A stretch of 64,000 nt of DNA from Blepharisma stoltei ATCC 30299 (lineage: Eukaryota > Protista > Ciliophora). The notes under the pieces are model-generated. The model had not been told where the DNA came from. It worked only from the letters and a program-made list of their open reading frames with translations, and did no database searches. The translations under genes and the position numbers were made by a program. The stretch spans positions 124,001-188,000 of the forward strand of contig CBFDEM010000020.1 in assembly GCA_965603825.1 (NCBI GenBank), read 5' to 3'. This document shows, piece after piece, positions 1 to 12,039 of this stretch (positions are counted from its first letter, which is position 1; the number at the start of each line of letters is the position of its first letter).

Positions 1-3000
1 CATATCCTTCTTGTTTTAAAGAAAATCCAATCCCAGTTGAGCTGCACCATAATTCGACGTCATGAGTATTTATGTCCCGTCTCAGCACATAAACAGTCTT
101 TCCTTCAGGGACTCCTCGTCCTATAACAATATAAGTTTTTATGCTCGGGTTGTCTTTATCAATCCATTTAAAATAATTGCATAGCAAAATGGCATGTTCT
201 TCATAATCTCCAAACCCAAGATCAAGGAATTCTTGGCAAGTACTCCACAGGTCAGGCAAATCTTTAAAAGCTTTATTATCTTCTATATGTGGGATTAATG
301 ACACAAACCTGACCACTTTTGCAATAGGATCTGGGTCATTTGGAGAAAGCAGCCCAGGTGGCGGCTGCAGTGGTGTTATAAATCTCGGCAAAAACACGCT
401 TTGATTTTTAGTATTTTCAGCCCAAAGGACAATATTTCTATTTTTCAATAATTGTTTGTTTTTTTGGTGTATCATTCATTGGAATCCATGGAACAAGAAT
501 TTAGGGTTTTCAAAGCCAGGGTAATAATCAGCCTCACTTTCAGTCGGAAGTTCAAGGACTGGGTCAAGTGTCACCTTTAGCATGATATAGGTTGGTAATC
601 CAGGGTTTAAAAAGGGAGGAGGGTGTTCAATTCCTTGGTGGTGGAATGGGATAAATGGGTTTTCTTTAGAGGTGTGGTAGCCGAATAGGCATAATGGACG
701 GTCCACACGGAATGAAGCTTCAATGCCTGAAGGGTTTTGGAAGACTGTTAGAAGTGGCAGTGCGAAGCTTCCTAAATATCTTCTTTCAAGTCTAAGGTTG
801 ACTTCTCCTTTATCCATGATCACTTGTTTTATGTTAAGTAGCTGGTCGTAAAGGTTGAAGTATAGGACACTGTCACAGTCCATTAATTCTTCTTTAGAAA
901 ATCTGACTTTGTCTAAGGACTGAAAAGTCAGTTCTAGCAGTTCGTTTCATTCAGGATTTGTCCCATCAAATGGCGCTGTCCTTACAATGGTGGATTCTCC
1001 TTGGTGAAATAGCCTGACTTCTACAAAGCTTTGGACTCTTTCAATTGCTTCGTACCCTTGTCCTTGCCTTGGAGGGATATAAGGACCAGCATCATATTGA
1101 GGTGGCGGAGGACCATTATAGCCAGGTGATGGAGGTCTACCATATCCTCCAGGTGGTGACGGAGGCCTCCCATAGCCTCCAGGAGATGGAGGTCTCCCAT
1201 ACTGCGACTGATAAGGATCAAATCCTGAGCTTCTACCTCCTGGCGGGTACATAGAATTTCTCGGCGACATTCTATTAGGAGAGGGCGGATACCCTGAATT
1301 ATACCCTTGATTCTGATAGCTTGACCCTGTCCTATACTGTGGAAACTGAGACATATAAGTATTGTTCGGCGGCAAAGGTTCACCCATTGCTGACTTATAA
1401 GCAGGTGGAATTGGCTGATAAAACCTTTCTACCTGTGCATACCTCTTAGACCAAGCTTCATCTCTTACAGGGATATTCACCCCTTTATAAATAATTATAT
1501 TTATTTTGCACATCCCTACCGATGCTCCTGAAACAGTCTGTACTGCATTTCTTCTTGGCAGTAGTTTTCTCCTCGGTGTAAACAGCAGTTTCCAGCACTG
1601 TCCAAATGGATTTATTTCAATAAATACAAACTCTCTTACAATAGAAGGCAAAGAATGCAAATTTTTTTGTATCCCAAGCTTGACTTGGTTTTGTTTTTCC
1701 ATAAAATATTCCATAAGCTCTATAATTCTCCTTTTAGTAGGCGGGTCTTGGGAGTATCTAAGCTTATATTGTTGTAAGAAAAAATAAGTCATGCGGTTGT
1801 AGTCGTCTTTGATGTCTTTTAAAGAGTTTAGAAATCTCATGAAGACTTCAGTGTTTCTTATATCTCGCTCTAGTAATGGGATTGGGTAGCCACATAATTC
1901 GACGTTTCTGTATCGCTCTTTCATGAAAATTTCACGTAAAGCAGAAAACCTGTGATGGGGGAATAGAGAATCAAGTCTAAGCATTTCTTGGATAGCTCTG
2001 TTACGTTTTTGTCGTAAATCTTCAACAAGGTCTTTATTTCTGGGGTCGTTTACATCGATATAGTAGTCAAGCTCTCCTTTGCTTGCAATAGATTTTTTGG
2101 GCAAGGCAGCTAGATCTTCAAAGCGGAAAGGTGGCATTTTGTCAGACTGTCCTTCCCAGTATGCTTTAATTGTGATGTTCCCTTGGACTTTTCTAGGAGT
2201 TCCATCAATTTTATTAGGTAGTACTCTTCCAGATATAAAGTCCAAATTTTTATAAACTTTAGCTGTACTTGTCAATGCAGACACATTGAGACCTGGAGGA
2301 TTAAACTCAATAACCCCTAACACCCTAACAATAGTAAACCCAGTACACACCTCAAGCCTGATTTTCACAGGCCGAGAAAATAAATGCAATTGGAACCTTT
2401 CTAAAAAGGGCACTTGAAACTGTGGCCATTTCATAAATTTTTTGGTACTTCTTGCTGCATAAATGCCATTTACATAAATTCTTACAAACACTCGAAAACT
2501 CTGGGCTGCACGTCTACGAGTGATTTCTTGTGAAGGGAGTCGGACGCCTAAAAGAGTTGTGTCTGCACTAGGCTCTTGAGGCTGCAAGAAAAAATCATAT
2601 TCTAAGCCTTGGCCTATATCATTATATTCCCTGACTCCTAATTTTACAGAAGTGCTTACAAAAGTCTGTTTTTCACGTAGCTGTTTCAGTTCTACCCATT
2701 TATTATATAATGCTTCTGCTTCTTTTTGAATTGCTGCTTTTTCATCATTTAATTTTTTTTGTGCATCTTCAAAGTGTTTTTTCAAGATTTCGACTTCTTG
2801 AAGCATAAGTTTATTTTTTTCTTGCTGAGTTGTTGATGGTGCTTGCATATAGACTCTAAGCATTTCTTCTTTGTGTGCTAATTGTCCTTGCAAACTGTCT
2901 AGTCTATCCTGCAAATGGTCAACTAAGCATAGTGTCACTCTTTTTTCATAATCATAAAACATCTCTTGTAGCTGAGATGCCAAAATATCTTCTTGGCTAA

Positions 3001-3610
3001 ACAGCGGGTGATCTTTAAACTGCAAAGTCCCTATATGCAAATCTAGCCTATAATACTTATTTTTCCTCACATTATTCCTATGTGACAAAACAGCAGACAG
3101 ATGTTTAATTTCAACAGCAGGGTTATGTTCTAAAGAAATATCAATCGGCCTTGTAATGCTATGAGTCGTCAAATCAGAATCAATTCTCAACTGCCAATTG
3201 CTTCTATTAAAAAACGACAGTTCTTTTAGCCTCAGCAGCCTTTGTTCATATCTCTGCAAATTGCTAGTCAATTTATCTAAAGTTCTCACATAAATACCAT
3301 CAACTTTACTGTCAAGATTTATTGAGCCAATTTGTCCTATAACAGTATTAGCTTCTCCACGGACAATTGCTGGCTTATTTAAGCCTAAAAGATCAGTCCC
3401 TAAAAACCCAGAAGTTTCTACTGGCTTTATGTATTTGATTTCTTCTAAATAATGGTCAAGCGGCCATTTAATGTCAGGCCGCACTAGTTCTACAAGAGGC
3501 GGAGGCAACAATGAAGGCAAATCTCGTCGGTTTAGCAGTGGGGATGTGTCTTGGGGCTCGTTTTGGTCAGCATTTTCAAGCGGCTCAGGGTTCCCGGGAT
3601 TTTCCAGCAT
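1..3610 (-). CDS. CC2D2A: CC2D2A/MKS6-like ciliary transition-zone protein (coiled coil, C2, transglutaminase-like); 3' end runs off window
   Basis: ORFs 947-3610 and 476-883 join in frame via TGA=Trp (NPE-W-NELLEL; FQ-W-MI). Motifs IDVNDPRN, FKDHPLFSQE, RFVSLIP, DLWSTCQEFL..GDYEEHAILLCNYF. Confidence 0.88.
2315..2330 (+). repeat. Two tandem CCCTAACA units (heterotrich telomere-type repeat) inside the CC2D2A CDS
   Basis: Sequence ccctaacaccctaaca at 2315-2330. Confidence 0.6.
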
Positions 3611-3651
3611 ATAAGTTAATTTATTTATATTTAAATAAAGCCATAAAGAAT

Positions 3652-4830
3652 TTATATATGTGCTTTGCTCCCAAAATAATATTTTTTTGGGATCACTGTG
3701 ATTATATCTTTATTTGATTTTTTTGGAGTTTTTGGGATAAATTGTCGGGCAAATGGGGAAATTCGGGTGCTTTCTATTATATTTTGAGGCTCATTTTCGA
3801 AAATTTGAAAAGTTTTGAAAGATTTTCTGGGAGATTGGGTGGCTGGTCGTTGGAGGTCTTTGTATCGATTTGTAGGTGAAGCTTGTGTGCCAGGCCGAGA
3901 GCTGTGTTTTGGGCTTTGAGGGCAGGGAAGCCAATCTAAGCTTGCTTCAAAATAATGCAGCTGGCTTCTCTGCTGTAATAAAATCTTAGAAAGGACTGAA
4001 ACCCCTTCATATCTTGCAGCTTTATACCCAGACTCAGTATCCTCCTGTGTGCTTAAATTTCAAATTTCTTCATTTTCTTCTTTTTTCAATACTTTTTGTG
4101 ATGTTTCAGGATTATTTGCAGTGTTTTTTCTATTTCAAATTTTGTTTTTTATTTCTAATGCAAAATCACTTAATTTTTGTGTATCTCTTAACGGTGAGTT
4201 TCCTCTTGACTCAGCTAAAGTTGGCTTAATTTTCGGCTTATGGACCTGTTCTTCTTTTTCTAATTGTAAAACTGCTACCCCAATGCTTTCAGGGTTTTTT
4301 GAGTTTAGCTTTAAAATAGCCTCAATAGATTTCGATTTAGCTATCTGATATAACTCTTTATTATCAATGAGCTCCTCATCATTTTTATGATAACCCCTCA
4401 TAAGTTTCACCTTCGGGTGCATACTTTGTTTATTTATATTTACACTGTCTCTCGTTTTTGAAGCACTTCTGCAGTTTCTCGATAAACGGCTGAGATTCAT
4501 AGGTTTAAACCTTAGGGAATCGCATAGCTGGGATCTCGACTCAATAGAAGATTTTGGGGAAGTAAAAGTCATGTTCATAATATCTGATACTTTTTGAGCT
4601 TGCTTATTCGGCCTTAAATTATGACGGCGAGTTGTAGGGGCTGTCACAGGACGAGAGCTTGAATATAAATTTAGATTCGGCTCAGCAAAAGCGTGTATAG
4701 GAATTGTTGACTCAAAAATGTTTGGGTTGCTTTCTTCTTGGCCGTATAAATCTTCAGGACATAAAGGAATATCAATATCTTTTAATAATAGTCTATTTTG
4801 GCTTTCGTTAGCTGGGATAGAAAGCTTCAT
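3652..4830 (-). CDS. Hypothetical low-complexity Ser/Lys-rich protein
   Basis: ORF 4135-4830 extends through two TGA codons to TAA at 3652-3654. Confidence 0.7.
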
Positions 4831-5540
4831 TTATGTTATTACAATTTCAAGCTTTATATTAAGGAAAAATAAAAATAACAGTTGCCACATTTCTGGAGAT
4901 TTAACTGAAAAAGAGAATTAAGCTGCTTTAGATATAAAGAGGTACTATAGATGGGTATAAATAATTTATATTTTTTAAGATTTATATATATTATATTGAA
5001 GAAACAATTCAATTTAGTATGGAGAATTAGAAAAAATAGAGTGTAATTTGGAGTAATTTGTAGTAAACAGAAGAAACCTTTGAAATTAATTTTCATATTA
5101 AGCAAATGATGCTAATACTTAATTTGCATATTTAGAGATTATTTATTAATGGAGATTTAGAGTTGATAATAATATAAAAATATCAAACAATCTTTATGGT
5201 GCATTAAATCGTAAACTTAATTATTTATTTTAACCATTAATTTCACTAAATCACTCTGAAAAAGGTATTATTAAAATTTTGCTTAATTCAAGAGCGCACA
5301 AGACGTTAAAAGTACAAATTTTCAATATTTTGATAACATCAAAAGTGAGTATAGACATCAAGCATATCTCCAATGGCAGCAAGTCAATTATCTATCCTAT
5401 GTTATTTGATATTCATACTCCATCAATTATAATAAATAATAGACAAAAAACAAATGATTTACTGAACCTAAAAGTTCAATTTTTTTAAAAAAAGAATTAA
5501 GATATCCTCTACTAATTAATTCAATAAATTTAAACAAAAA

Positions 5541-6462
5541 ATGTTTAGTTTCAAAAGGCTGTGTGCTGTATTTTTCATATAGTGCTGTTTCGTCCCTAAG
5601 CCAGATGATATTCATCTTGATACAATAGAAAAAGACCACAATGATCCTAATAGTAATTCAAATCAGCAAGAAAGCGCTTTGCAGCTGGTGACTGATAGCA
5701 AAAGTCAGCTAAACCAAACCATCACAGAAATTACAAAATTAACGCTTTCCATTATCGACACAGAAGGTATGCAAATCGGCACAGAATATGAAATTTATCC
5801 TATGGGACTTAAAGGTTCTTCCAGAAGAATACAAGACGGCTGTGTATATGCAGGGACACTTCGATTCGAAAACAATATAATCATCAATGATATAATTTTA
5901 TCTGAAAATGAAAAAGGTGTAGGGAAAAAGCATTTTCTTATCCAATTTGACAAATGTATTCGATAAACAGACCAAAAAAACTATTTTTTAAAAGATTTAG
6001 GAGATGGAATGGGAACATTTATAAGACTTGATAAGCCACTCAAATTGAAATCAAATCATATAATCTCTTTTGGAGATTCGCATTTAGTCATCACAATTGA
6101 GCAGCCAAATCTCTGTTTAAAATTTATAGATGGGCCAAAAACTGAAGAAAAATTGTAAAAAATATTATAGCACTTATGGGCCTGCAGATGGACCAATTAA
6201 GATTGGAAGGATGGCTGATTGTAATATTAGATTTGATGATAGCAGCTTGTCTCGATATCAATGCATTTTTAAATTTGAAGATTCTTGATATCTTATTGAC
6301 GGAGATGGAAGAAAATTAAGCACAAATGGAACTTGGCTATTTTGTGAAGATTTTTTTGAAATTTTTGATGGGCTTGTTTTTAAAGCAGGGCAAACACTTT
6401 TCAAGGTAATGATAAAGTAGGCTCAGTATAATGCAGAAATGATAAATTTAAATAATGATTAA
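5541..6462 (+). CDS. Tandem FHA-domain protein (4 tiny introns, 1 TGA)
   Basis: After splicing reads YFLKDLGDGMGTFIRL and IKIGRMADCNIRFDDSSLSRYQC...STNGTWLF; TGA at 6286-6288. Confidence 0.85.
5568..5582 (+). other. 15-nt intron
   Basis: gtatttttcatatag; removal deletes an in-frame TAG. Confidence 0.75.
5956..5970 (+). other. 15-nt intron
   Basis: gtattcgataaacag; removal restores the FHA reading frame. Confidence 0.9.
6155..6170 (+). other. 16-nt intron
   Basis: gtaaaaaatattatag; removal shifts into the frame of the second FHA domain. Confidence 0.88.
6406..6420 (+). other. 15-nt intron
   Basis: gtaatgataaagtag. Confidence 0.7.
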
Positions 6463-6473
6463 TAGAAATAAAA

Positions 6474-7217
6474 ATGTTGACTATCGGCTCAAGACTGTTT
6501 GTGTTAGTCAAAAGATACTTAATAATCAAAATTCTTAAAAAAGAGCCGCCACCTCTAGGTTTTGACCCAGATTACAACCCATTGTTAATCCAGGATTTAT
6601 TTGTAGATGACCCTTGCACAATCCCATTTAAAGTCACAACTGATGGAAATCGTGTTTTTGATGGAAATTACTCAATTGAAGTAAGATTTATAGAAGACCA
6701 CAAATTTCGAACGCCAACTCTTATAAATGTATTTCATTGAGATTTAGAAATAAAATACCAAAAGCTGATCTTAATTGTGAAAACCGCACATATCCTAAAT
6801 CCAATGCGATTCAATTGAAATACTGACGACATCCATACAAACCCAGAAATTTACAATATCCTAGAAAATGTCAATAGCGCTAAATATAGAGCTGGGATCA
6901 TGCCAATGCCTCAAAACCTCTGCCAAACTGTTTCTTCCTCAAAAGAAAATAAACAAAAATTCAAAGAAGTAAAACACTATGAAATTATTGATTGCGAAAA
7001 CGACAATGAACACCCGCAAATGCTTATAGAGACGATTTTATATGAAAATAAAGAAAATTTATGTAGCACTGAGTTAAACGCACGAATGTCTGGAGACATG
7101 ATACCGCTTCAAGACACACTAGAAAGCCATTCTAATACCAAATCAAATGCACAGATAATTGAGCAGTTCCCAATGTGGGCGATCAATTATTTGAAGTATA
7201 AATACAATGTCCGATAA
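6474..7217 (+). CDS. Hypothetical protein
   Basis: ORFs 6474-6740 and 6900-7217 join in frame through two TGA codons; ends TAA. Confidence 0.7.
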
Positions 7218-7253
7218 TTAAAACTTTTCTCAAATAATAATTTATCTTGCTTT

Positions 7254-8102
7254 TTACAACACACCTTCACTCATTAGGTTCCTAAATTCATTGAAACTAA
7301 TTTTTTCTTTATGGTAACCTCTGATTTGGCTAGCTTTTTTCATAAGCATGTCTACCCACATTTCCAGTTGAGGTCTTGCTCTTTTATCAGCCATATCTAA
7401 AACCCTATATAAACTGTCTCTTCCTAAGCCATTTCCAGCTTCATGCTCAACAAATCTAAAGTAAACTAAATATTTCTTACACAGCATCCTGGCAAATTTA
7501 TAAGATCTTCTCTTTGACTTTTCTGTAGATTTTAATAGATTTATATTAAATAGCCCAAAACTTGATATTTTGCTAGCACCTTCTATTGATTTTGTGAAAT
7601 CGTCAAGATTAATTCACTCTTTAGAAATCAACGGGTGGAGAACTAAGTTCATAAAATTTTGATCACAGACGTAGCAATCTAAGAAGAACTGTCTAATAGC
7701 AGTTTTATGAATTTCTGGGCCGCTGTCAGAAAGCTTAATTCATGAGGTGCCCATGTATTTTTCTACTAGAGAAGAAAAAACTGTGTCTATTGTGTAGTAT
7801 TGATCTATAGAATATACAGAAACTTTAGGGCTCTTTTTAGCCACTGATGATGCACGAGAGCGGCTTGATGCCGATTTCCTTTGTCTGAGCTCAAAAGAGT
7901 GAGATATAGAGCTTTCAGAGTCTGTAGATAGAGATTCTAAGATAGAAGAACTAGAGCTTCTATTGAGTCTTTTTTCTTGACCTGGGACAAATACTTCATT
8001 TGTCAGTAATTTCTTTTTAATATTTGAATGCTTGCTGATGAGAAAACTCAAAGCATTCAAAATCTCTGTGTCTGCGAGTGCGAGATGTGAGTCCTGGTTC
8101 AT
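7254..8102 (-). CDS. Hypothetical protein with degenerate EF-hand-like C-terminus
   Basis: ORFs 7740-8141 and 7254-7487 join via TGAs; KISFNEFRNLM at the end; start uncertain; possible stopless intron 7466-7480. Confidence 0.65.
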
Positions 8103-8332
8103 ATTCAGATTTGTTTTCTCTTGAAAACTAATTATTATCAACCTACCAGTTCATATTGGCTATTTCAGGACAATGGATGGAATATTTTCAAAAATTCGCA
8201 AAATTATTTGGTATTTGGGAATTAATTAAGAAGGGGTCTTTGATTAAAAAATTATTAAAATATTAAAATTCCTCATAAGCCAATTTAAAATATAAATGCT
8301 TATTGTAATCGCAACTTATTATAGCAGAAAAA

Positions 8333-9421
8333 TTACCCTAAATGGTTTGGGCTATCATCAAACAAAGATTTAAAATAAAAAGCCCTGGAAAGTAGCATCG
8401 AAATTTCTTCAATATCCCAATGCTGGGTAGGGACTTTATGGAGAAACTGAAGCATTTCTGACATGTTTTTTTGCATAAGCTCATTTTTCCAGTTTAATAC
8501 CAGCGCAGCTCCTAAATACCCACAAAGCCCATGAAACCCGCCTTCATCAGCAATAAAAGCATCTCACACATAAAGTCCTAAATGCAGTGGAAATTCTCTC
8601 ATCATAAAGCAGCTTACCCATCTAAATGCATAGCTAATTGGAGTAACATCAGCATTTTCCATATAAGCACTTAATTGAGGGTCTACTCTTTTTATGACAT
8701 CACCAATTTTTATCATTGCGCGTTGGACACCAGGTGTGCTATGCATGAAGAAATCATGCATAAAAGTCATAATATTAGCGAGACATCAATATGTGTCTGC
8801 TTCTACTTGTAATAGAAGATCTTGACTTGGATCTTCAATAGGAGCTGATAACCGTTTAGGGTCACAATGATAATTAGGCATTAAAAATACTGTAATGAAA
8901 GGCACACAAAGCTCGTTTAGTCCTTGCACGTAGCTTGATGCAGGATTTCTTATAGCTAAAATATATAGAATTCTTCTCATCATATTTTGAATGCATTGCT
9001 TTTTAAATAATGCAAAATCTTGCCTTGTCCTTGGCATGTCTTTATCCAACTGTGTCAAAATCCCATTCAAATCGTCTCTTTCCTCATAAATTTCCACAAT
9101 ATAAGACCTATACTCTTCTCTCTTTTTTTCTAAGGTCGGAATTCTTCTTTCCTTTTGTGCAGGTTCATAATTTAACAAAATCCTCCAAGTTTCTGCTCTC
9201 AATATAGGGTCATTTATTCCTTTTCAGCACAAATTTCTTAATTCTTGGAAATCAGCCGTTTGCTCTTCAAGTATTTTTCTTATTTTATTTTCTCTTCTTT
9301 CAAAATTGTGGTAAAAATTCCTACCAGAATCGCTGTTATTGCTCGATTTATCTTCTTCTTTTTCTGATCTATTAGCATTTTCTCTGACTTTGTTAGAAAG
9401 CCATTTCAAAAACCTAGACAT
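8333..9421 (-). CDS. TBC-domain Rab GAP (TBC1D22/Gyp1-like)
   Basis: LC-W-KGI..LRAETWRILL, DKDMPRT, YVQGLNEL, EADTY-W-CL, FRWVSCFMMREF, YV-W-DAF; 3 TGA=Trp. Confidence 0.92.
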
Positions 9422-9451
9422 AATTTAAGTAAATCTAGATAGTTAAAATTA

Positions 9452-10543
9452 ATGGCTCTGACCACTTTTAAACGCCTTCATTACTCGCATTACGGAGCAG
9501 TGATAAGAGATTCAACCCACAATGTGCTCCTTGATGGTATTATGCCAGCTCGATGTGTTGAAAGTTCTACAGTGATGCACTTAGTCGATCCTCAGACAAG
9601 CGAAGAATTATTACTCATCGGCACCTGCAATATGTCAACCAAGCTCGCCCACAGAACCAAAGCCCTTGCTGAAAAATTCAAGCCCAACGCGGTCTTTGTC
9701 CAGGCTGCTCCTTACTTTGCGGAATATACTAAAATCGATACCAAGTGTGCCCAAACTTTCCATGAGGAGCTTATCCGCAATGGATATGTGGAGTATCAGG
9801 AATATGTAACCAAGAAACCTTTTACTCTTAGAGAAATTATCTTCCAGTATAGAAAAAACATAGCCAAGCTTTGGCTTCATCATACCTTAAGAGTCCCTGA
9901 AAACTGGTATCGCATTTTCTTGCCTGGACTAGAGATGAAGTTCGCTGCAGAATTGGCACAAAAGCAGGGGACACCAATTTTATATGCTGGCGACGCATTT
10001 GGAGTTCAAGGGATGGAGATGTTGAGACTTGAAAAAGATTTTGACGTCTTTAAGCCTTTGTGGAGATATTGGTGCGGAATGGCAACATCCTGGGTTTCAG
10101 AAGTAAAAGATGTGAGAAAGATATTTACTGGCCATGGATTGAAGGACTTAACTGAGACTTTCTTTAATAAGGATCAAATGGCTTGGTTCGTGAGATTTGC
10201 CCACAAGATATTCCCGGCCCAAACTGATGCTTGCATCCATAAGAGAAGTGAAGATCTTTTTATTAGACTTGAAAGTCAGCTAGAAGGAAAGAAGAAATTG
10301 GCAGTTGTTAATCAGTGGCATATGGAAGACATCGAGAAGCTTTGGAGAAAGAAGCACGGAATCGAAATCATAAGACCACCTACAAGCGGAACTGAAGATT
10401 TGCCATTAGCAGAAATCGTCGCTTACATGAAAGGAACAGATCATGATAGACATGCAGCCGAGAAACTCACTGGAACTACAATGGCTACAGAGTCGAGACA
10501 GAACGTTCCTTATTTCGATGAGAATCGTAGTCATTATGGCTAA
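9452..10543 (+). CDS. TraB/TRABD-family protein, divergent, probably mitochondrial
   Basis: LLLIGTCNMS..AEKFKPNAVFVQ, PGLEMKFAAELAQKQGTPILYAG, LAVVNQWHMEDIEKLW resemble TraB motifs; basic N-terminus. Confidence 0.7.
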   Translation: MALTTFKRLHYSHYGAVIRDSTHNVLLDGIMPARCVESSTVMHLVDPQTSEELLLIGTCNMSTKLAHRTKALAEKFKPNAVFVQAAPYFAEYTKIDTKCAQTFHEELIRNGYVEYQEYVTKKPFTLREIIFQYRKNIAKLWLHHTLRVPENWYRIFLPGLEMKFAAELAQKQGTPILYAGDAFGVQGMEMLRLEKDFDVFKPLWRYWCGMATSWVSEVKDVRKIFTGHGLKDLTETFFNKDQMAWFVRFAHKIFPAQTDACIHKRSEDLFIRLESQLEGKKKLAVVNQWHMEDIEKLWRKKHGIEIIRPPTSGTEDLPLAEIVAYMKGTDHDRHAAEKLTGTTMATESRQNVPYFDENRSHYG

Positions 10544-10558
10544 AAAATTCTTAATAAA

Positions 10559-11863
10559 ATGTCTGAATTAAGTTATGAAGAAAGGGATAGTGATAGCGAA
10601 AGAACGAGAGAAGACCTTTTTCATGTGAAAGAGGAATTCTTAAACACGTTTCAAAGACTTTATTTATATCAGCTTGAGTTTGAGAGGTCCTTACATGAGC
10701 TTTCAATCCAAAAAGCGATGCTAGATGAACATATCGATAGACTAGAATTTTTAGACGCTCAATTGCCAGCAGATAATCCTGATAATGTGTTTATGCAGCC
10801 TGCTTCTAGGGATTTTTCATTCAGTAATCCAGGGACAGAAAATACGACTTTTTCTTTTGGAGAAATTGATGAAAATATTGAGGTAGGCAGCATATATCAT
10901 ATCCCGGTAGATTTAGAAGAGTACAAAAAAATAGAAATCCGTCATGTATTTCAGCCCAAGAAAACAGGCTATGAGCTCACAAAAGAGTTCCCTATCATAA
11001 TTGGAGAGACTATTGCAGAGCGATACAGAATTGACAGAATAATCGCGTCCACTGATATGTCATGTGTCCTTGAATGTGCTGACCTAACCGGTAAGCGAAA
11101 AACTTGTATCAAAGTTATAGAGAACGACAAAAGGTGCTTAGACAGAGGATTGGATGAAATAAGGATCCTTGAGACCTTAAAAGAAAATTCTAAGGAAAGC
11201 CTATATAAATCTCATATAGGAAATCCACTTGATTATTTTTATTTTAAAGAGCATTTATTTATCGTTTTTGAGTTATTGGGTGAAACTCTGTCCACAATGA
11301 TTTCTGACGAAGAGTACTATGGGATTGTAAAAGAGCAGATAAAGCCTATAACAATTCAGCTTTTGCAGGCTTTGCAATTTATCCATTCAAATAATCTTAT
11401 TCATGGAGATTTAAATCCAGAAAATATTCTTGAAATGAAGAAAGTCAAGGAAAATGGGAAAATTGATATAAGGATAGTAGATTTTAATTCCAGTGTGTTT
11501 TTTGATGATGAACTGATATCATTTCCTATGTTGGCATATACAGCGCCTGAGATAGTTAACTCTAGAATTTGTGATAAATCAGATATGTGAAGCCTTGGCT
11601 GTATCATTGCAGAGATTTATTTGGGCAGACCATTATTCCAGCCTAGTTCTGAAGAAGAATTATTATACCAAATTCAAGAAACAATTGGATCATTTAATGA
11701 TTTAGATTTGAGCATGCATGCAGAATATAAAATAATGACACCTTTATCTGAATTAGTCACTGATGATCCTAGATTGCTAGATTTTTTATATTTATTATTA
11801 TCACCTAATCCTGCTAACAGACCTGGGCCAGCTGAAGCATTGGAACACACTTGGCTGATTTAA
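10559..11863 (+). CDS. DYRK-like CMGC kinase with degenerate catalytic motifs
   Basis: CIKVI, GLDEIRIL, DYFYFKEHLFIVFELLG, HGDLNPEN, YTAPEI, DM-W(TGA)-SLGCIIAE. Confidence 0.85.
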
Positions 11864-12039
11864 AAAGTATTTAAAATAAATGCACATGAGGCAATAAAAA
11901 ATGCTATTACATTAAATAGTCATTTTCCTATTAAGTTTAAAGATTTTTAATCATATTTTAGCTTGCTAAAGATTTTTATAGATTTAGATGCTATTTCGCA
12001 ATCCAAAACAGCAAGCATAGCAATTTTTAATAAAAATGC

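Noticed and set aside
4854-5488. ORFs 4854-5105 and 5279-5488
   Set aside because: They lie in very AT-rich intergenic DNA, have non-ATG starts and no recognisable content.
8130-8160. 19-nt intron linking an upstream ATG to the 7254-8102 gene
   Set aside because: Length is outside the 15/16-nt class and nothing requires it; start left at 8102.
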